From the IMG/VR virus record IMGVR_UViG_3300009082_000959: a stretch of 64,000 nt of DNA; one strand, written 5' to 3'. Shown one piece after another: positions 61,144-64,000 of this stretch (its first letter is position 1; the number at the start of each line of letters is the position of its first letter). This stretch comes from a virus. Its lineage: Duplodnaviria; Caudoviricetes. The notes under the pieces were generated by a model. The model saw only the letters and a list, made by a program, of their open reading frames with translations, did no database searches and was not told the origin of the DNA. Both the position numbers and the translations under genes were made by a program.

Positions 61144-62304
61144 ATGAGTAAAAGTATGGCAGATATTTGGAAGACTATAGAAAAGCAACATGGTCCTGAG
61201 GGATTGTATGTTGGCAATACGGACATGACAACATATTCTGGGGCCATTCCTACCGGCAGTTATGGTTTGGACGACGCCCTGGGTATTTGGGGTCTTCCAA
61301 AAGGACACATGGTTCAGTTTGCGGGGTTTGAGCAATCCGGGAAAACACTGATGGCTCTTTCTGCTATCGCACAGTGGCAAAAACAAGGTTCATCTAACTG
61401 GGCCATGTTTATCGACGCAGAATTTACCTACACAAAAGAGTGGGCAGAGATGCTGGGAGTTGATACTTCCAGACTTTATGTTTATAGAGAAAATAAGGGA
61501 CCAGAAATTTTTGCTCGTTTGACTGGTATTCCCGGTAAACCAAATTTGCAAGGCGTGATTAAAAAGGTTAAGCCCGGCATTTTGGATCTTGAAATAGAAA
61601 ACGGCGGAACTGGATTAGGTATTATTGTTCTTGACAGCGTTCCAGCCGTATTAGTGCCCATGGAAGAAGCCAGTGCGCCTGGAAAACAAAATATGGCTCT
61701 AATGGCTCGTTTTCTTCCGCCTGAGCTACGAAAGCTTACACCACTATTGACAAAAACCGGTGTGTTGTTTATTGCAATAAACCAATTACGTTTTACGCCT
61801 GGGGTTATGTATGGAGATCCTACTATGTCTCCTGGTGGTCAAGCATTAAAACATGCTTGTGCACAGATTATTAATTTTGGACGTATGAAAGGAAAAGACT
61901 CGAAGATTGAAGAGGGAGAGGAACAAACAGGTCATCACATCATGGCCAAAATCGATAAGAACAAAAAAGCTCCGCCGTTTCGTAAAGCAACTTTTGGTAT
62001 TAAATACACAGAAGGTGTGGTAGAGCAAAACATAGAAATTCGTGACCTCGGAGCAAAATATGGTGTAATTCTTCGTCCCAACAATAGAATTTGGGAGCTG
62101 GATGGCATAAAATATAGTGGTAAAGATGATATTGCCGAAGCCCTGAAAGAGGAAACCTTACAGCAGTCTGTGTTGGAACGAGTTAAAGAAGCTAAGAAAA
62201 ACTGTATTCATCTAGTTAATGTTGATGACGAAACCGAAACCGAAGAAGAGATGGACCAAGAACAAGAATTGTTGGATGCGGAATCTACACAAGAATTGGA
62301 ATGA
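61144..62304 (+). CDS. recA: RecA recombinase
   Basis: IPTGSYGLD, GFEQSGKT, FIDAE, VLDSV, INQLR, PGGQALKH, NKKAPP. Confidence 0.95.
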   Translation: MSKSMADIWKTIEKQHGPEGLYVGNTDMTTYSGAIPTGSYGLDDALGIWGLPKGHMVQFAGFEQSGKTLMALSAIAQWQKQGSSNWAMFIDAEFTYTKEWAEMLGVDTSRLYVYRENKGPEIFARLTGIPGKPNLQGVIKKVKPGILDLEIENGGTGLGIIVLDSVPAVLVPMEEASAPGKQNMALMARFLPPELRKLTPLLTKTGVLFIAINQLRFTPGVMYGDPTMSPGGQALKHACAQIINFGRMKGKDSKIEEGEEQTGHHIMAKIDKNKKAPPFRKATFGIKYTEGVVEQNIEIRDLGAKYGVILRPNNRIWELDGIKYSGKDDIAEALKEETLQQSVLERVKEAKKNCIHLVNVDDETETEEEMDQEQELLDAESTQELE

Positions 62305-62334
62305 TGTTGGGAATATTATTGCATGTGGGATAAA

Positions 62335-63174
62335 ATGAAAATTTGTGGACATTGTAAATTTGAAAAACCAAACTGTGAGTTTAATAAAAACAAACGCACA
62401 AAAGATAAATTAAGTAGTTGGTGTAAATCTTGCACAAAACAGTATCAAGTAAATAACAAAGATAAGATTGTGGCAAGAAAAAAACTATACTATAAAAACA
62501 ATAGAGAAACGATATTGGAAAAAGATAAATATTATAGAGAAAACAATAAAGAAAAAACTGCAGCATGTCGCAGTAAATATTATGAAAACAATAAAAAAGA
62601 AATATTAATTAATAAAAAACAATATTATGAAAATAATAAAGAATCGCTTTTAGAACAAGCTGCGGAATATTATGAAAATAATAAAGACAAAGTTCTAGAA
62701 AAAAGAAAACAAGATTATAAAGATACCAAAGACGAGACGCTTATAGAAAGAAAACTATATTACGAAAACAATAAGGAAAAAATATTAGAAGATGTTAAAA
62801 AATATAGTAATACGCCAGATGGCAGAGAAAAAATAAAACAGCGCCGAAAAAAGCGTCGTTCAACAGATATCAAACATAAATTGTCTCGTAGTCTAATACA
62901 TCGTTTATATAAAGCACTCAAAGGAAACTATAAATCTGGCTCCGCTGTTCGCGACTTAGGGTGTTCCATTGGCGAACTAAAAATGCGTTTAGAAAGACAG
63001 TTTGAGCCAGGAATGACTTGGGAGAATTATGGAGAGTGGCACATAGATCATATAATACCGATTTCTAGTTTCAACCTAACCGATAGAATGGAGTTTTTGG
63101 AAGCTTGCAATTGGTGCAACCTGCAGCCGCTTTGGGCTGCCGATAATATAAAGAAATCTAATAAATTAATATAA
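62335..63174 (+). CDS. HNH homing endonuclease (paralog of 34793)
   Basis: CGHC...CKSC, YYENNKE repeats, WHIDHIIP...NLQPLWAADNIKKSNK. Confidence 0.9.
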   Translation: MKICGHCKFEKPNCEFNKNKRTKDKLSSWCKSCTKQYQVNNKDKIVARKKLYYKNNRETILEKDKYYRENNKEKTAACRSKYYENNKKEILINKKQYYENNKESLLEQAAEYYENNKDKVLEKRKQDYKDTKDETLIERKLYYENNKEKILEDVKKYSNTPDGREKIKQRRKKRRSTDIKHKLSRSLIHRLYKALKGNYKSGSAVRDLGCSIGELKMRLERQFEPGMTWENYGEWHIDHIIPISSFNLTDRMEFLEACNWCNLQPLWAADNIKKSNKLI

Positions 63175-63186
63175 AGGATAAATAAT

Positions 63187-63534
63187 ATGCTAATTACGTG
63201 TAATAATCGTGGATGTTTAAAAAGCTCTGATGCACTTTTGGATGTAAAGACAGATAAGGTTATTTGTGGGGAATGTAAGAGAGAAATAACCAATGTATCT
63301 GTCATGATGAAGAAAACACTAAAAAGTTTTGGACAAATTATTAGAGAGACAAAAAAGGCTTTTATGCTTGCGTGTAAGAGCTGCAATGCCAATAGGGAAA
63401 TAGTTCTTGATCAGAAGGGAAATACTTTATGCAAGACTTGTCATAGTCCAATAAAAATTCATCCAGCATTTAAGATCGCAATAGAAGAGTCTGGTGGACT
63501 TGAGAAAATAATACTAGAGGACGATAAAAAATAA
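63187..63534 (+). CDS. Hypothetical multi-zinc-ribbon protein
   Basis: Four Cys pairs (C..RGC, CGEC, CKSC, CKTC). Confidence 0.65.
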   Translation: MLITCNNRGCLKSSDALLDVKTDKVICGECKREITNVSVMMKKTLKSFGQIIRETKKAFMLACKSCNANREIVLDQKGNTLCKTCHSPIKIHPAFKIAIEESGGLEKIILEDDKK

Positions 63535-63551
63535 GAAAGAAATATCAAACA

Positions 63552-64000
63552 ATGAGCGAATTTTATAAGAAATTAGCCGACGTTTGTCATAATATACTGC
63601 TTGATGACATTGGGTTGTGGTCGTATTTAAAGAAAGAAAGAAAAATGACAAACAAAACAATAAAAGAATTTGGAATTGGTGCATTTCCATCGGACCTAAG
63701 AAGATTGTTTAATGAGTTTTCCCTTGATCCAGTGGAATTGAGAGAGAATGGAATAATTTGGAATGCAGAACATAGTCAGTTTAAACTGTATCCAATAGTG
63801 ATTCCAATCACCGATATACATGGTTCTCCGATAGCGATAGGTTGCAGAACACTAATTAGTGAAAGTGAAAGAAAAGACATAGGATTGCCAAAGTATAAAA
63901 ATAGTGTTTATAAAAAAACATCTAATCTTTTTGCGCTAAATAAATCATATCAAAGTATAAGAAAAAACAATCTAGCAATTGTTGTTGAGGGATATTTTGA
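63552..64000 (+). CDS. dnaG: DnaG-type primase catalytic core without zinc-binding domain (3'-truncated by window edge)
   Basis: YLKKERKMTNKTIKEFGIG, IVIPITD, IGCRT, PKYKNS, LFALN, IVVEGYFD (TOPRIM). Confidence 0.85.
   Translation, partial: MSEFYKKLADVCHNILLDDIGLWSYLKKERKMTNKTIKEFGIGAFPSDLRRLFNEFSLDPVELRENGIIWNAEHSQFKLYPIVIPITDIHGSPIAIGCRTLISESERKDIGLPKYKNSVYKKTSNLFALNKSYQSIRKNNLAIVVEGYF

Overview
AT-rich, gene-dense 64 kb segment of a very large (jumbo/huge) bacteriophage genome, with essentially all credible genes on the + strand. Right half (about 36-64 kb) is a replication/recombination/nucleotide module: ClpP, SLT lysin, family-4 UDG, dCMP deaminase, FtsK-like ATPase, stand-alone primase zinc finger, SbcD/SbcC, dNMP kinase, HAD nucleotidase, Cas4/AddB-like nuclease, sigma factor, trigger factor, DnaE, gp32-like SSB, RuvC, DnaJ, trypsin-like protease, RecA and a ZBD-less DnaG. 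It is interrupted by an intact IS607 (tnpA + Fanzor-like tnpB) and HNH homing endonucleases. Left half (0-36 kb) is accessory: Pif1-like helicase end, stand-alone TnpB, six MORN/YwqK-like paralogs, R2K ATP-grasp, GroEL, peptide deformylase, IscS, DenV-like glycosylase, nucleotidyltransferase. Two features are largely missed by the ORF track. (1) About 60 tandem, translationally coupled 45-65 codon ORFs in five arrays share an N-terminal motif (M-x3-M-x2-[LIV]-Y-[IV]-x-[VIF]-[FL]-K-[YHN]-[NKG]) and have hypervariable C-termini. (2) Two solitary type I-C CRISPR-repeat-like units (1662-1696, 25965-25998) occur with no array or cas operon and are candidate RNA anti-CRISPRs. Also notable: an orphan IS607 right-end/omegaRNA remnant, both IS607 right ends lying exactly 8 nt before an ATG, an HNH gene flanked by a duplicated 5' end of its neighbour and carrying an amber stop, and a split primase. 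All annotation is by eye, without database searches.
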